Part shown: positions 63,459-64,000 of the stretch, piece after piece
Layout: each line of letters begins with the position of its first letter
How positions within the stretch are numbered: position 1 is the first letter of the stretch
Source of the DNA: Tricharina praecox
Lineage: Eukaryota
DNA: 64,000 nt
Reading direction: 5' to 3'
Assembly: GCF_024521635.1 (NCBI RefSeq)
Contig: NW_026250412.1
Location: 806,001 to 870,000, forward strand
Translations under genes and position numbers: made by a program
The notes under the pieces: model-generated
The model's database searches: none
Told to the model about the DNA's origin: nothing
Seen by the model: only the letters and a program-made list of their open reading frames with translations

Positions 63459-64000
63459 GTCTGTAAGCATGTACATGTAATTGTAGGCAACAGCGAAGGA
63501 GGCGGTGCACAGCCACCACAGCAGCAGCGCACCAGCAGCAGCCTCCTACGGTACATAAACTACCCCTGTCGCACGCCCGGTGAGCTGGGGCGCACGCTCT
63601 CGCTCGAGCATGTGCAGGGTGCATGGATTGTGCATGTGCATATGCAGCCCATCCATCCATCCATACATCCATCCAATGCTGCTGGATAGCTGCGGGTGCT
63701 GGCTTACGGCATCACTAAACAAAAAAATCTACTGTACTGTGGTGGGACCTCAGGTACTCAGGGCGTTCAATGTGTGCGATGTGTGCGCGCACGAGACATG
63801 GTTCTTGTGTGCTATGGATAGAATGTTCAGTGAACAGAGAGAATGTGAGATCAAGGCGAACAGGAAAAATGTTCTTAGCAATGAAATGGACGGACAGAGA
63901 GAATAATCAGACAGAGAGAATTGGTTGGCAAATAAGCCAAGAAAAACGTTCCGCAGCAATGAACACCAACAGACAGAGAGACAGAGAGACAGAGACAGAG

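Overview
Eukaryotic (intron-containing) fungal DNA from a filamentous ascomycete; Pezizomycetes is my inference from gene and LINE style. I could build spliced models for 17 protein genes: AtrR-type Zn2Cys6 factor (runs off the left end), alpha/beta hydrolase, an orphan repeat protein, DUF1295 protein, RAMP4/SERP1, Rix7, Hsh49/SF3B4, pathogen-related (SnoaL-like) protein, Mip1 polymerase gamma, BTB protein, SIM+RING (Slx8/Rfp1-like) ligase, GNAT, ferric reductase, membrane-anchored USP (Ubp1-like), Mhr1/mL67, Tsr2 and an AA11-type LPMO. There are also two intron-containing tRNA-Gly(GCC) genes. The stretch from about 6.8 to 22 kb is largely a transposon and pseudogene graveyard: a 5'-truncated RNase H LINE with a 15-bp TSD nested in an older LINE, further LINE 3' stubs (one with a 12-bp TSD), a TA-flanked MITE, a non-autonomous hAT element and a decayed membrane-protein gene. 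The most unusual signal is a non-coding word, TAGAGTACC, seen at least 13 times and embedded in chains of TA-delimited 2-3 nt words; these look like serial DNA-transposon excision footprints. All calls were made by eye with no database searches, and no complete novel multi-gene system could be demonstrated.
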